Source: Macrostomum lignano (lineage: Eukaryota). Taken from it: 64,000 nt of DNA. Of the stretch, positions 1 to 10,983 are shown piece after piece; positions within the stretch are counted from its first letter, which is position 1; each line of letters starts with the position of its first letter. The stretch lies in assembly GCA_002269645.1 (NCBI GenBank), contig NIVC01000040.1:806001-870000 (forward strand), read 5' to 3'. The position numbers were made by a program, and so were the translations under genes. The notes under the pieces are model-generated. The model made no database searches, was not told where the DNA came from, and saw only the letters and a list, made by a program, of their open reading frames with translations.

Positions 1-175
1 CACTCTACTCCTCTTAACTACACTCTACTCCCCCCAGCTACACTCTACTCCTCTCAACTACACTCTACTCCCCCCAGCTACACTCTACTCCTCTTAACTA
101 CACTCTACTCCTCCCAACTGCACCCTTACTTTCCTCTCAACTACACTCTACTACTCTCAACTATATTTTACTCAA
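1..175. repeat. ~20-bp minisatellite (CACTCTACTC-N7-CTA), truncated by window start
   Basis: Repeated cactctactc...cta units visible directly. Confidence 0.9.
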
Positions 176-1776
176 AGCAACTTTAATAATATACACACTT
201 ACGATTGAACAGTAAAAAAAATACAGTTATCAAAACCGTGAACGCTGGTCTGGGCATCTGTTGCCAATTAGCTTCTTTTATTAGGCAAAATTGTCTTCTT
301 CCACCCAAGTCAAGATGAAAAGAGCCTTTTCGCTTTGTTGGTACAAGCTGTATATTAACAGCAAAAATGTTAATATTGAGATTTTTTAGACATTTAGACA
401 ATTAGTGTTTTGCAATATTCTATGGTTAAAACCAAAGTGCTTTATTTTTATCACATCGTATCCTTGGTGCTGGCGCCCCTTGGTGCTGGCGCCCCTTGAT
501 TAATATCTTTGATTAATATTGCATTGCACGACAGGAGTATAATATATATTCAGCCTAGTGACAGTAAGTAAGGGATAATTGCTACGTCGAATCCCCGATA
601 ATTAGAAGTTTTTGTAACTATCATTTTTTACGAATCGGTGATTTTTTATGTACTTTTCACATGACCGAAGCCAAAAGTTAGTCAGTCAGACAGTCACTGG
701 CACTGCTCAGCAACTTCCTGACAAGGGAGCTTGGAGCTTGGAGCATTGTGCAGAGCATGCCAGAGGAAACCCTAATTACATGGTCGAAAAGAACGCTCCC
801 TGTCTTGCCCTAACCACGACTAATTCTAAAGTTAGCGAAACAAATATAGAAACGACTGTATACTGCATTAATCGAATTATAAACATTGCGCTTATATCTC
901 GCAAAGAGAGTTTCCAAAATTTCTGGCGGCACAGCACAAGACAAGGCAATAATAGTCATGGCAAGCAGCAAAAGGAAAAAGGCACCCTTGGGCTGTGGCC
1001 TAGATGCCTCTTTGGATTGGACCGAGGGCCCGAATCGTGCGCGTGTGCCGTGCGTTTTCTGTCTGTGAGGAGAGGACGGGAGAGGAGGAAAGGAAAAAAA
1101 CTGGGCCGCCTGGCTGCCAGTCAACCCACGGCCCAAGCTTTACTTCAGGTTCAACTGTTCAGGGAGCAGAACACAATCCAGTCGGCAAAGCCTGTCCAAA
1201 AATATTGTGTTGTGCAAAAGTTAAAACTCTCCACCTCCTCTCCCTCTCCCCTCAGCATGGATTGGATTGAAACCGGCGCTACCCTGGCGCGTATGTACAT
1301 TCTAGCGGTGGGGAATCACGTGATCAAATTGTACACTAATCCATTGTACAGTGTCAGATAGAGTTTGGAAAAGGGAGAGAGGGAAAGAGAGAAAAGAGGG
1401 GGTGGCGGGGCGCAGTGCTAGCAGGCAACATACACATAACAGATTCTACTTGCCCTTAGTCCACTATCTCACACACGAACACTCCGCCTGCTGACTGAAT
1501 ATATTTTGGCACTGCATTTAAAACACAGAAACTCTTAAATTCATTGGGCTGGCAAAGAAGGCCGCCCCTCGGGCAAGATATAATAAATAAAGCGCTTTAC
1601 TTTTTCAAAGCACATCAAACGAAGTTCTGTGCATTTGTCTGCTTACTCTTGTGCTTAGACAAATTTTCGACTAGTAAGACTGAAGGAAACGAGAACAGCA
1701 CTGAAGATTGAAGTTTTAACAATTCTGTCGTTGACTTTAGACATATAGCTTTATTTTAATATTATTAATTATTACA

Positions 1777-4700
1777 ATGACGCTAGCAACAACTTGTCGT
1801 CGACTGCTGACTCCGGCGGCAACCGCCTTGCGTCGATACTATTCGCCAATTTCTGATTCGCCTCGCAATCGAGTGGCTATTCTGGGCGCCTGCGGCGGCC
1901 TCGGCCAGCCATTGTCACTAATAATGAAGCGCTCGGAATATATTGCCGAATTGGCGCTATACGACAAATTGGACACCGCCGGCTTGTGCGCCGATCTTAG
2001 TCACATCTCGACTAAGGCGGCGATCAAGGGCTACCAGGGTAGCGATCAGCTAGGCGACTGCCTGACTGGCTGCAGCGTGGTGCTCATGATTGCTGGGATT
2101 CGGAGGTGAGGTCGACTAGATTTATATAATTGTTATTGTTACCATAGCTCGTCTATGAACCATCCCTCCAAACAATCGGCCTCGCCGCCTCGGCCTCTAT
2201 ATGATTAGTCTATGACCGATTAATCAAACGCCAAATCTCCCTCTATGACCCACTAATCAAACAGCCCAATCTTCCTTTCTATGACCTGACCGATTTAGCC
2301 AGCACCCCAATCTCTATGACCCATTTAACCAACACCCAATCTCCCTCTATAACCCATTAATCAAACAGCATAATTTCCCTCTATGACCCACAAATCAAAC
2401 AGCCCATGCAATCTCCCTCTATGACCCACTTAGCCAACACCCCAATATCCCTCTATGACCCACTTAGCAACACCCCAATCTCCCTCTATGACCCATTTAG
2501 CCAACACCCCAATCTCCCTCTATGACCCATTTAGCCAACACCCCAATCTCCCTCTATGACCATTTAGCCAACACCCCAATCTCCCTCTATGACCATTTAG
2601 CCAACACCCCAATCTCCCTCTATGACCCATTTAGCCAACACCCCAATCTCCCTCTATGACCCACTTAGCCAACACCCCAATCTCCCCCTATGACCCGCTT
2701 AGCCAACACCCCAATCTCCGTCTATGACCCATTTAACCAACACCCCATTCTCCCTCTATGACCCACTTTGCCAACACCCCAATCTCCCTCTATGACCCAC
2801 TTAGCCAACACCCCAATCTCCCTCTATGACCCACTTAGCCAACACCCCAATCTCCCTCTATGACCCATTTAACCAACACCCCAATCTCCCTCTATGACCC
2901 ACTTAGCCAACACCCCAATCTCCCTCTATGACCAACTTAGCAACACCCCAATCTCCCTCTATGACCCATTTAGCCAACACCCCAATCTCCCTTTAACCCA
3001 TTTAGCCAACACCCCAATCTCCCTTTAACCCATTTAGCCAACACCCCAATCTCCCTCTATGACCATTTAGCCAACACCCCAATCTCCCTCTATGACCCAC
3101 TTAGCCAACACCCCAATCTCCCTCTATGACCCGCTTAGCCAACACCCCGACCCCAATCTCCCTCTATGACCCATTTAACCAACACCCCAATCTCCCTCTA
3201 TGACCCATTTAACCAACACCCCAATCTCCCTCTATGACCCACTTAGCCAACACCCCAATCTCCCTCTATGACCCACTTAGCCAACACCCCAATCTCCCTT
3301 TATGACCCATTTAGCCAACACCCCAATCTCCCTTTATGACCCATTTAGCCAACACCCCAATCTCCCTCTATGACCCACTTAGCCAACACCCCAATCTCCC
3401 TCTATGACCCATTTAGCCAACACCCCAGCCAATCTCCCTCTATGACCCATGTAGCCAACACCCCAATTTCCCTTATGACCCCTTCCACAAAAATAACAAT
3501 CTAGCACGCGTAAATGATAATTATTGAAATGTGAAATCCCAACTCTACCACTTGATATCAATCACATCACACCCCTGTCAGGCAGCCGGGCATGCACCGT
3601 GACAGCCTATTCCAACAGAACGCCACCATTGTTGCCGAGCTAACAGACGCCGTTGCTAAGCACTGCCCGAAGGCCCAGCTATGCATACTCACCAATCCTA
3701 TTAATAGCAACGTGCCCCTAGCTGCTGAGATTCTCAAGCACCGAGGGGTGCACGATCCGCGTCGCTTGTACGGCATCACTACTGTTGACTCTGTGCGAGC
3801 TGACGTAGTCTATGCCAAATTAACTGGTCACCCGCTTGACAAGGTTTGAGCATGGGAATTTATTAGGGATCTATCATCTTCATCAATGTCCTCTGAAGCT
3901 TCCTCTAGGAGCAGTGAAATCCCATTCCTAATTTCACTATCTTCATCTCGACCCAGCTTCCTGCTGTGAGCAGTTGAGATCCCATCTATCTACCTCATTT
4001 TCATCTCGATCCATTTCAGCTTCCTCTGTGAGCAGTTGAAATCCATCTATCTGCCTCATCTTTGTCTCAATCCCTTCAGCTTCCTCTGTGAGCAACTGAA
4101 ATCCCATTTATCTGCCTCATCTTTATCTCGATCCCTTCAGCTTCCTCTGTGAGCAACTGAAATCCCGTCTATCTGCCTCATCTTTATCTCGATCCATTTC
4201 AGCTTCCTCTGTGAGCAGTTGAAATCCCATCTATCTGCCTCATCTTTATCTCGATCCCTTCAGCTTCCTCTGTGAGCAGTTGAAATCCCCTCTATCTGCC
4301 TCATCTTCATCCCGATCCATTTCAGCTTCCTCTGTCTGTGAGCAGTTAAGATCCCATCTATCTGCCTCAGCTCCACTCTGATCCCTTCCAGCTTCCTCTG
4401 TTAGGTTAGATCCCATCTATCTTCCTCATTGCCAATCTGATCCCTTACAGCTTCCTCTGTCAGGTTAGATCCCATCTATTTGCCTCATCTCCACTCTGAT
4501 CCCTTTTCAGCTTCCTCTGTAAGCAATTGAAATCCCATCCTTAACTTCATCCCAATCCAGCTTCCTGTGTTCCGGGAGATGTCATCTACATCATTTATAT
4601 CGATCCCTAACCCCCAATCCAGGTGAGCGTGCCCGTACTAGGCGGTCACAGCGGCCACAGTCTGGTGCCGGCCTTCAGCCAGGCCCAGCCAGCCAGCCGC

Positions 4701-5075
4701 CTGTCACCCGAAGATGTCCGCCGCCTCACTGAATACGTACGCGGCGCCGCCGACGCCATCGTCGCTGTGAAAGCCGGCGGCGGTTCAGCGACGCTCTCCG
4801 TAGCCGCCGCCGCTCATCGTTTCGTCAACTCGGTGCTGCTAGCCCTGGACGGCCGGCAGAACATTATTGAATCGGCTTTTGTCGAGTCCGACGCCATGCC
4901 CGACCTGCCATTCTTCTCCTGCCCGTTGCTGCTTGGCCAGAACGGCGTCGAACGAAATTTAGGCGTCGGCCAACTGTCCGAGTACGAGGCCGAACTGATG
5001 AAAGCGGCCGTGGCCGAGCTTCGAGTCCAGATTGAAAAGGGCCAGGAATTTGGCTTGGCCTGGGCAAAGCGATGA
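1777..5075 (+). CDS. MDH2: Mitochondrial-type malate dehydrogenase, 3 exons, ~347 aa
   Basis: join(1777..2105,3582..3843,4623..5075); GT-AG introns keep frame. Arg-rich presequence, VAILGACGGLGQPLSL, spliced GIRRQPGMHRDSLF (cf. VPRKPGMTRDDLF), TNPINS, DSVRA, GGHSG, GSATLS motifs. Confidence 0.95.
2230..3480. repeat. ~34-bp minisatellite in MDH intron 1
   Basis: Unit CCCCAATCTCCCTCTATGACCCATTTAGCCAACA in tandem. Confidence 0.95.
3890..4570. repeat. ~60-62-bp minisatellite in MDH intron 2
   Basis: Unit ~CAGCTTCCTCTGTGAGCAGTTGAAATCCCATCTATCTGCCTCATCTTTATCTCGATCCCTT. Confidence 0.9.
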
Positions 5076-5227
5076 TTTATTTATATATTTATGAATATAC
5101 ATATTGATTTAGTTTAGATCTAATTTTCATAGTCTAGCGGGTGCGGTGATTGAACTAATAGATCCATACATTCGCCCGTGTGTAAATGCTGGACTGAATG
5201 AACTGAGCTAGACCGACTCCTGCTCTC

Positions 5228-5740
5228 ATTCTTACCCCTCACCCCCACTCCGTCTCCCTTACCCCTCACCCCCACTGTCTCCCTTACCCCTCACCCCCAC
5301 TCCGTCTCCCTTACCCCTCCCCCCACTCCGTCTCCCTTACCCCTCACCCCCACTCCGTCTCCCTTACCCCTCACCCCCACTCTGTCTCCCTTACCCCTCA
5401 CCCCCACTCTGTCTCCCTTACCCCTCACCCCCACTCCGTCTCCCTTACCCCTCACCCCCACTCTGTCTCCCTTACCCCTCACCCCCACTCTGTCTCCCTT
5501 ACTCCTCACCCCCACTGTCTCCCTTACCCCTCACCCCACTCCGTCTCCCTTACCCCTCACCCCCACTCCGTCTCCCTTACCCTCACCCCCACTCCGTCTC
5601 CCTTACCCCTCACCCCCACTCCGTCTCCCTTACCCCTCACCCCCACTCTGTCTCCCTTACCCCTCACCCCCACTCCGTCTCCCTTACCCCTCACCCCCAC
5701 TCTGTCTCCCTTACTCCTCACCCCCACTGTCTCCCTTACG
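5228..5740. repeat. ~27-bp C-rich minisatellite
   Basis: Unit CCCCCACTCCGTCTCCCTTACCCCTCA. Confidence 0.95.
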
Positions 5741-6599
5741 CCTCAATCTGGCACCAATATCATCCCAGTGTCGCTATTTAGAATTAAATTACGTGCTTGA
5801 ACAGAATTTGTCAATGAAGCCAACGACTTATTTTTCTTTGAAGCTTTTCAACACGAATTAATCCGATTGGGTAAAAAATTTCTTAAATTATAACAGTTAT
5901 TTTAACTCAAAAACCAATTCGTACAAGTTTTTTTGCTGCTTTGAAATCGTCGGTCCCCTTTTATTTTCTCAGTTGTTCAATTCAAAAATGTTTTTACTTT
6001 ATCTCACTTCTCCCTTATCTAACTACCTAGCTACTGCAGTGACTCATAATAATGCGGCCTTTATCTGTTATAATCAACTATATTCTCAAACTGCTAACAG
6101 TGGTATGTGTGTGTTTGTGTGTGTGTATCCACCGTCAAAAAAATCTTTTTATGGGGCTAAATCGTGTGATCTGTGAACATTAAAAACTCAACTGTTTACT
6201 AATTTATAAGGTTTTCATGTTCTGCGATTTACTACTAACTTGATAAAACCGTAGTAAGTAGCAAGCTTCGCTTCAGGGTTACGTCTTCTGCAAGTCTAAA
6301 AAACACGGCATTAGTAGCAACTACAATTTTGAATCAATCTACGAGTATCTTTGAACAGCCTGGCAACGAGTTTGTTTATCTTAGATACGGTGCATTTTTA
6401 AATCAGTCTAAAATGTACCAGCTTGTTCAAGGTATTGTGACCCAAACAGTCGGCCCCAAATACACATGTAATGAATTGTATTAGAAACATTGAGAGATGT
6501 AATGTCTCTCCGTTGCAGTACCAACTCAATTTTTGTCTATTTTTATTTTTATTTTTGTCGATTCACCAGCGCGATAAGCCGACAGTATCAATTAAAATT

Positions 6600-7395
6600 C
6601 TCCTTCTACCAGTTAAAAATCTCCCTCATTCAATTAAGAATCTCCCACTGCCAGTTAAAATTCTCCCTCTGCCAGTTAAGAATCTCCCTGTCAATTAAGA
6701 ATCTCCCTCTGCCAATTAAAATTCTCCCTCTGCCAATTAAGAATCTCCCTCTGATAGTTAAGAAGCTCTCTATACTGATCAATATACTTATCCAAGAATC
6801 GCCCCCAACGCCAGTCCAAGCATCGCCCCAATGCCAGTCCAAGCATCGCCCCAATGCCATTCATAGAATCATCCCAATGCCATTCATAGAATCGCCCCAA
6901 TGCCAGTCAAAGAATCGCCCCAATTCCATTAATAGAATCGCCCCAATGCCAGTCAAAGAATCGCCCCAATGCCTTTCATAGAATCATCCCAATGCCATTC
7001 ATAGAATCGCCCCAGTGCCAGTCAAAGAATCGCCCCAATGCCATTCATAGAATCGCCCCAATGCCAGTCAAAGAATCGCCCCAATGCCTTTCATATAATC
7101 GCCCTAATGCCATTCATATTATCGCCCCAATGCCAGTCCAAGAATCGCTCCAATGCCATTCATAGAATCGCCGCAATGCCTTTCATAGAATCGCCCCAAT
7201 GCCAGTCATAGAATCGCCCCAATGCCAGTCCAAGAATCGCTCCAATGCCATTCATAGAATCGCCGCAATGCCTTTCATAGAATCGCCCCATTGCCAGTCA
7301 TAGAATCGCCCCAATGCCAGTCATAGAATCGCCCCAATGCCAGTCATAGAATCGCCCCAATGCCAGTCATAGAATCGCCCCAATGCCAGTCCAAG
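6600..7395. repeat. Two abutting related minisatellites (~21 bp and ~23 bp)
   Basis: TTAAGAATCTCCCTCTGCCA-like units (6600-6760), then GAATCGCCCCAATGCCAGTCATA-like units (6790-7395). Confidence 0.9.
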
Positions 7396-7640
7396 TTTCG
7401 GTTCAATGTATTTTTTTCAATTATATGCATAGCTCGTTTAGTCGGAAAAGCTGTGAAAAAGTACGAGTTTTTTTTAATTCGTTACAAAAAACACTTAATT
7501 ATGAGCGCTAAATATAATAACGGTCAGCTTAAGATGTGTAAAATCATTTGTTTCTTTTTTCCAGGTATCAATTTTTATTGGCGATTAGGCAATGCACTTT
7601 AACGCGCGGTTGCCTAGCTCTCCCACGTCCGAAATTCGAG

Positions 7641-8465
7641 CTAAACGAGCGGGTCGGAGCACTGGCAGACCACCGGGAAGCTGTCCGTGTCCGGATAGTC
7701 GGACAGCTTGCGCTGAAGCAGCACGCCGGCATTCTCGGCGGCCAAATTGTTGTTCGGCTGGTCGGCGTCCCACACGGCCGACCGAACTGGCAGCCGCGGC
7801 GGGCTGGGACCAGCGCAGGGATGCCAGTGCCAGCCGCCGGCAGGCTCAGAGGAGTTCGGCAGCTGGACGGCGCCAGTCCAAACCGGGTTGCCGATGGCGC
7901 CGCCGTAGATGACCAACGCCGATTCGATGTCGTCGTCGTTGTCCAGCTGAGCCGGTCTGGTCAATTCGCCGTCAGCTAAGCACCTGGCCGCCTGCGTGGA
8001 CCAGTTTCCAACGGAGGTGTATAGTTTGTACTTGTAGCCATGGTAACCGCCGGTCGTGTTAGCGGCTACTCGATAATCAGGCGGACAAGTCGCGCCGGCT
8101 CGAATGTACACGGTGACGTTGATGGCCTCAGTGGGCAACTCGCCGACTGTGCAGTTTGATCTGCGGACTGCGGCGCTGCAGCGGCTCCACGCGTAGAGGC
8201 TGCACCGACCGCGGGCGGCATCGAAACTGAACGCCCTACAGTCGGCCTGCGCTGAGCAGGCCACGGCACAGGGTCGCTCGTCGGAGTAGACAGCCGCCAG
8301 CCGTCTGATGTACTCGGAGGCCACGCACAGCAGCGGCAGACGGACGGGGCTGTAGATTTTGCCGCCGGCATCGCGGCTGTTGCAGCTGCTGGCTGTTTCC
8401 ATGGCAACTAGAGTCGCTAGTAGAGCGGTAAGCATTAGCGACATTTTTAACGATGACGCTCTCAT
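7641..8465 (-). CDS. Secreted PAN/Apple + C-type lectin-like protein, intronless, 274 aa
   Basis: N-terminal hydrophobic signal; PAN pattern CAVAC...CRAFSF...CSLY; CTL pattern W...C...VWTG...WHW...W...QPNN...EN...LSD...VVCQ; AATAAA follows the stop on the minus strand. Confidence 0.8.
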   Translation of the reverse strand: MRASSLKMSLMLTALLATLVAMETASSCNSRDAGGKIYSPVRLPLLCVASEYIRRLAAVYSDERPCAVACSAQADCRAFSFDAARGRCSLYAWSRCSAAVRRSNCTVGELPTEAINVTVYIRAGATCPPDYRVAANTTGGYHGYKYKLYTSVGNWSTQAARCLADGELTRPAQLDNDDDIESALVIYGGAIGNPVWTGAVQLPNSSEPAGGWHWHPCAGPSPPRLPVRSAVWDADQPNNNLAAENAGVLLQRKLSDYPDTDSFPVVCQCSDPLV

Positions 8466-9084
8466 TTTCGACGTGTCAACTTTACAAGAATAAACGTCGT
8501 CTTTGCGTTTTATTGCTTTAATGTTTGCCCAGACCCAGCAGCTTTTATAGTATTGCGGAACTAAACTGAGTGTGAACAGCAGACGCTAGTGACATGCAAG
8601 GGGATATTGTCTCTGAGAAGCTCTTCTATATTACATTGTAATTGTTGGCACTGCTGTAGTTTAGCTTCGGTAAAGAGAGAACCGGGGTAGCTGTATAAAG
8701 AATAGAAGCTTCTGAGTAGCGTTTGATAAGTTTTGAGCAAGCAACGAATGCATGCAAGTTGTTTGCCCAGCTTGCCTGCTAATGTGTGTGTAGTCCGTGT
8801 GTAGTTTACCGCGAGCTGCCTAACAAACAGTTGAGCAACAGAGTAGATCCAGATAGATCCAGAGCCCTGCATGTGTCTCACGTGAAACTCTATGCCCAAG
8901 CTGAGTGCCTCATGCTAATTGTATTTGCGAAACTGAGGAAGATTTACCTACAGTGTATAGTCAATAAACAGGTGTATAATGATACATGTACATGTGTATT
9001 TATGGGTAGCATTATCAGGTGGAGCTTCTATCAATATGCGTATTGAAATATAGCAGAGGTAGTAACAGCTATACATCAAATGGT

Positions 9085-9310
9085 ACACCTTAATTTTACC
9101 TCTTATTTTGAACAAACTCCCTTTTTATTCAAACCAAGCGAAACATCTATCTAGACACTGATGCAGTGATGAATGCATGTCCTTGTGACATTGTGCTTGC
9201 AGAAATTCAATTATGACAAACACCCTGAAGTCTTTATCAGTGTCTGAATTTGATGTTCCGCTTGTTTGAATGCAAAGGAAGTTTGTTCAAAATAGGAGGT
9301 AAAAGGGTGT
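9085..9310. mobile_element. Foldback/MITE-like element with ~60-bp imperfect terminal inverted repeats
   Basis: Left ACACCTTAATTTTACCTCTTATTTTGAACAAACTCC...AAGCGAAACATC pairs with right GATGTTCCGCTTG...GTTTGTTCAAAATAGGAGGTAAAAGGGTGT; inner AGACACTGAT/ATCAGTGTCT is also inverted. No clear TSD. Confidence 0.65.
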
Positions 9311-9498
9311 CGAATTAAACTAATACTTCTAGACTAGACTGTTAAGCTAATTTACGAGCTAGATTATTTAACTACCTATAAATAGAATCCGCTCAAGATC
9401 AATTTCGATTGGGAGTGCTTACAAAAATAAATAAATTTCTATAAAAGAGTTGAAATTGTAACATGTCACCCCTGATTGGTTTCGCGCCGTGTTCACAG

Positions 9499-10983
9499 TT
9501 AAACAAGCGCAGGCAGCAGCATCAACAGCAGCTGTACAGCAGCGAGCATGATCGACAGTTGCCCAGCTGATGCGGACATGACAAACTTGGAGGCCAACGC
9601 CACAGCGCCGCTGCCATTAGCCTGGCAGGCCATGGCCTCGCAGGCCCGCAGCACCCGCTTCTGCTGCTGTTGCTCCATCAGCTGCGGCTGCAACCCCAGG
9701 CTGGGCATCAGAAAGTCCACGAACAGCTGAAACGAAGCTTCCGGCTTCTCAATCGGGGTGCTGTGACCCGCGCCAGACACCGACCTGTACCGAATGGTGA
9801 AGGCGTTCAAGGACGTCTCGGAGCCGCCCACCTGAACGGAAGCGGCGCCGAACATGCACTGGCAGTAGTACCAGGAGTAGCGGTTGCCCTGTAGCGGCCA
9901 GGTCATATTGTCGACGAAGCCCGCCGTGGCCAGGTAAGGCAACAGGTAGTCTAGATTGCCATTGTACAGCAGTACATCAATGTTGCTCCTGTTGAGCAGC
10001 AGTAGCTGATGGGTCAGGGCCTCATTGCGGAAATCGTAGCTTGTGAAGATGCGGCCGCTGCAGATGTGGTAGCGCTTGGCCTGAGGCGACACGCCCAAAG
10101 CGCGACGCACGTCCGGCCTCTGCAGGTAGTGCTCCATGGCGGTGGTGTTCAAACACCTGTACGAGTCGTTGTAGCCCAGGATGTTGTGATGGCAGAGGCT
10201 CTCAACGTTGTACTCATTGAAAGTCGGATCGGGATCTTTGAACTGTTTCTCAGTCACGGGCATCAGACCCATGAAGTAGGCGAACTCGGCCCTGGCTGCT
10301 AGCATCGCCTCCCGACCCATAAAGTAGCCGTTGCCAATGGCGACGCCTCGAAGTCGAAGGCCGTCTGGTCTTGACAACCGTTCATCTGCCAGAAGCGCCT
10401 CGGCCAGCAGCGGCAGGTAGACTCCGGCGTAGCTCTCGCCGGTCAGGTAGAAGTTCCTGGCCCGATACTCTGGGAACAACAGCAGGAACTGACGCAGCGC
10501 AAGGATGTTGTCGCGAGTGGTGCTCCCATCGTTCCAGCGAAATTTGCTGGACGTCCGGGCCTTGCCGTAGCTAAAGCCGACACCTGCCGGCGATTCCAGG
10601 TAGAGCATGTTGGCCACACGGTTCCAGGCCCAGGGATTGTGCACCAGCTGGGCCCGGTCGTTCACCAGGAACGGCCCATTGGTGGTCAGCAGGCCGCCGA
10701 TGGACGAGCAACCGGGGCCGCCGTTCAACCACAGGACCAGCGGCGCCTCTTCCGGCGGCTTCTCCGAGCTCTCCACCAGCCAGTAGAACAAGCGGCTGTT
10801 CGACTGCTCAGCCGCCTGCAGATAGCCGGAGTATTGGCCAAACCGTGGGCCCATCGTCGGCTGGCCTGGCAGGTTGACGATGCGGTGCCTCTGAGCACTG
10901 CATGGTTGCGACATCAGCGATAGCGACATCGTCAACCACAGCAACAGCAGCTGGAGATTGTGGCGGCTCAGATGAAGTGCCAT
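9499..10983 (-). CDS. Serine carboxypeptidase, family S10 (cathepsin A-like), intronless, 494 aa
   Basis: Signal peptide; WLNGGPGCSS, LESPAGVGFSY, GESYAG (catalytic Ser), YNGNLD (Asp), GAGH (His); hydrophobic C-terminal tail. Confidence 0.95.
   Translation of the reverse strand: MALHLSRHNLQLLLLWLTMSLSLMSQPCSAQRHRIVNLPGQPTMGPRFGQYSGYLQAAEQSNSRLFYWLVESSEKPPEEAPLVLWLNGGPGCSSIGGLLTTNGPFLVNDRAQLVHNPWAWNRVANMLYLESPAGVGFSYGKARTSSKFRWNDGSTTRDNILALRQFLLLFPEYRARNFYLTGESYAGVYLPLLAEALLADERLSRPDGLRLRGVAIGNGYFMGREAMLAARAEFAYFMGLMPVTEKQFKDPDPTFNEYNVESLCHHNILGYNDSYRCLNTTAMEHYLQRPDVRRALGVSPQAKRYHICSGRIFTSYDFRNEALTHQLLLLNRSNIDVLLYNGNLDYLLPYLATAGFVDNMTWPLQGNRYSWYYCQCMFGAASVQVGGSETSLNAFTIRYRSVSGAGHSTPIEKPEASFQLFVDFLMPSLGLQPQLMEQQQQKRVLRACEAMACQANGSGAVALASKFVMSASAGQLSIMLAAVQLLLMLLPALV

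Noticed and set aside
648-1361. 237-aa ORF upstream of MDH
   Set aside because: No recognisable motif, mixed composition, no convincing splice structure; likely spurious or a decayed repeat.
5060-5120. Peroxisomal targeting or readthrough on MDH
   Set aside because: The C-terminus is AKR, not PTS1 (S/A-K/R-L), and the stop context TGA-TTT is not the TGA-CTAG readthrough motif.
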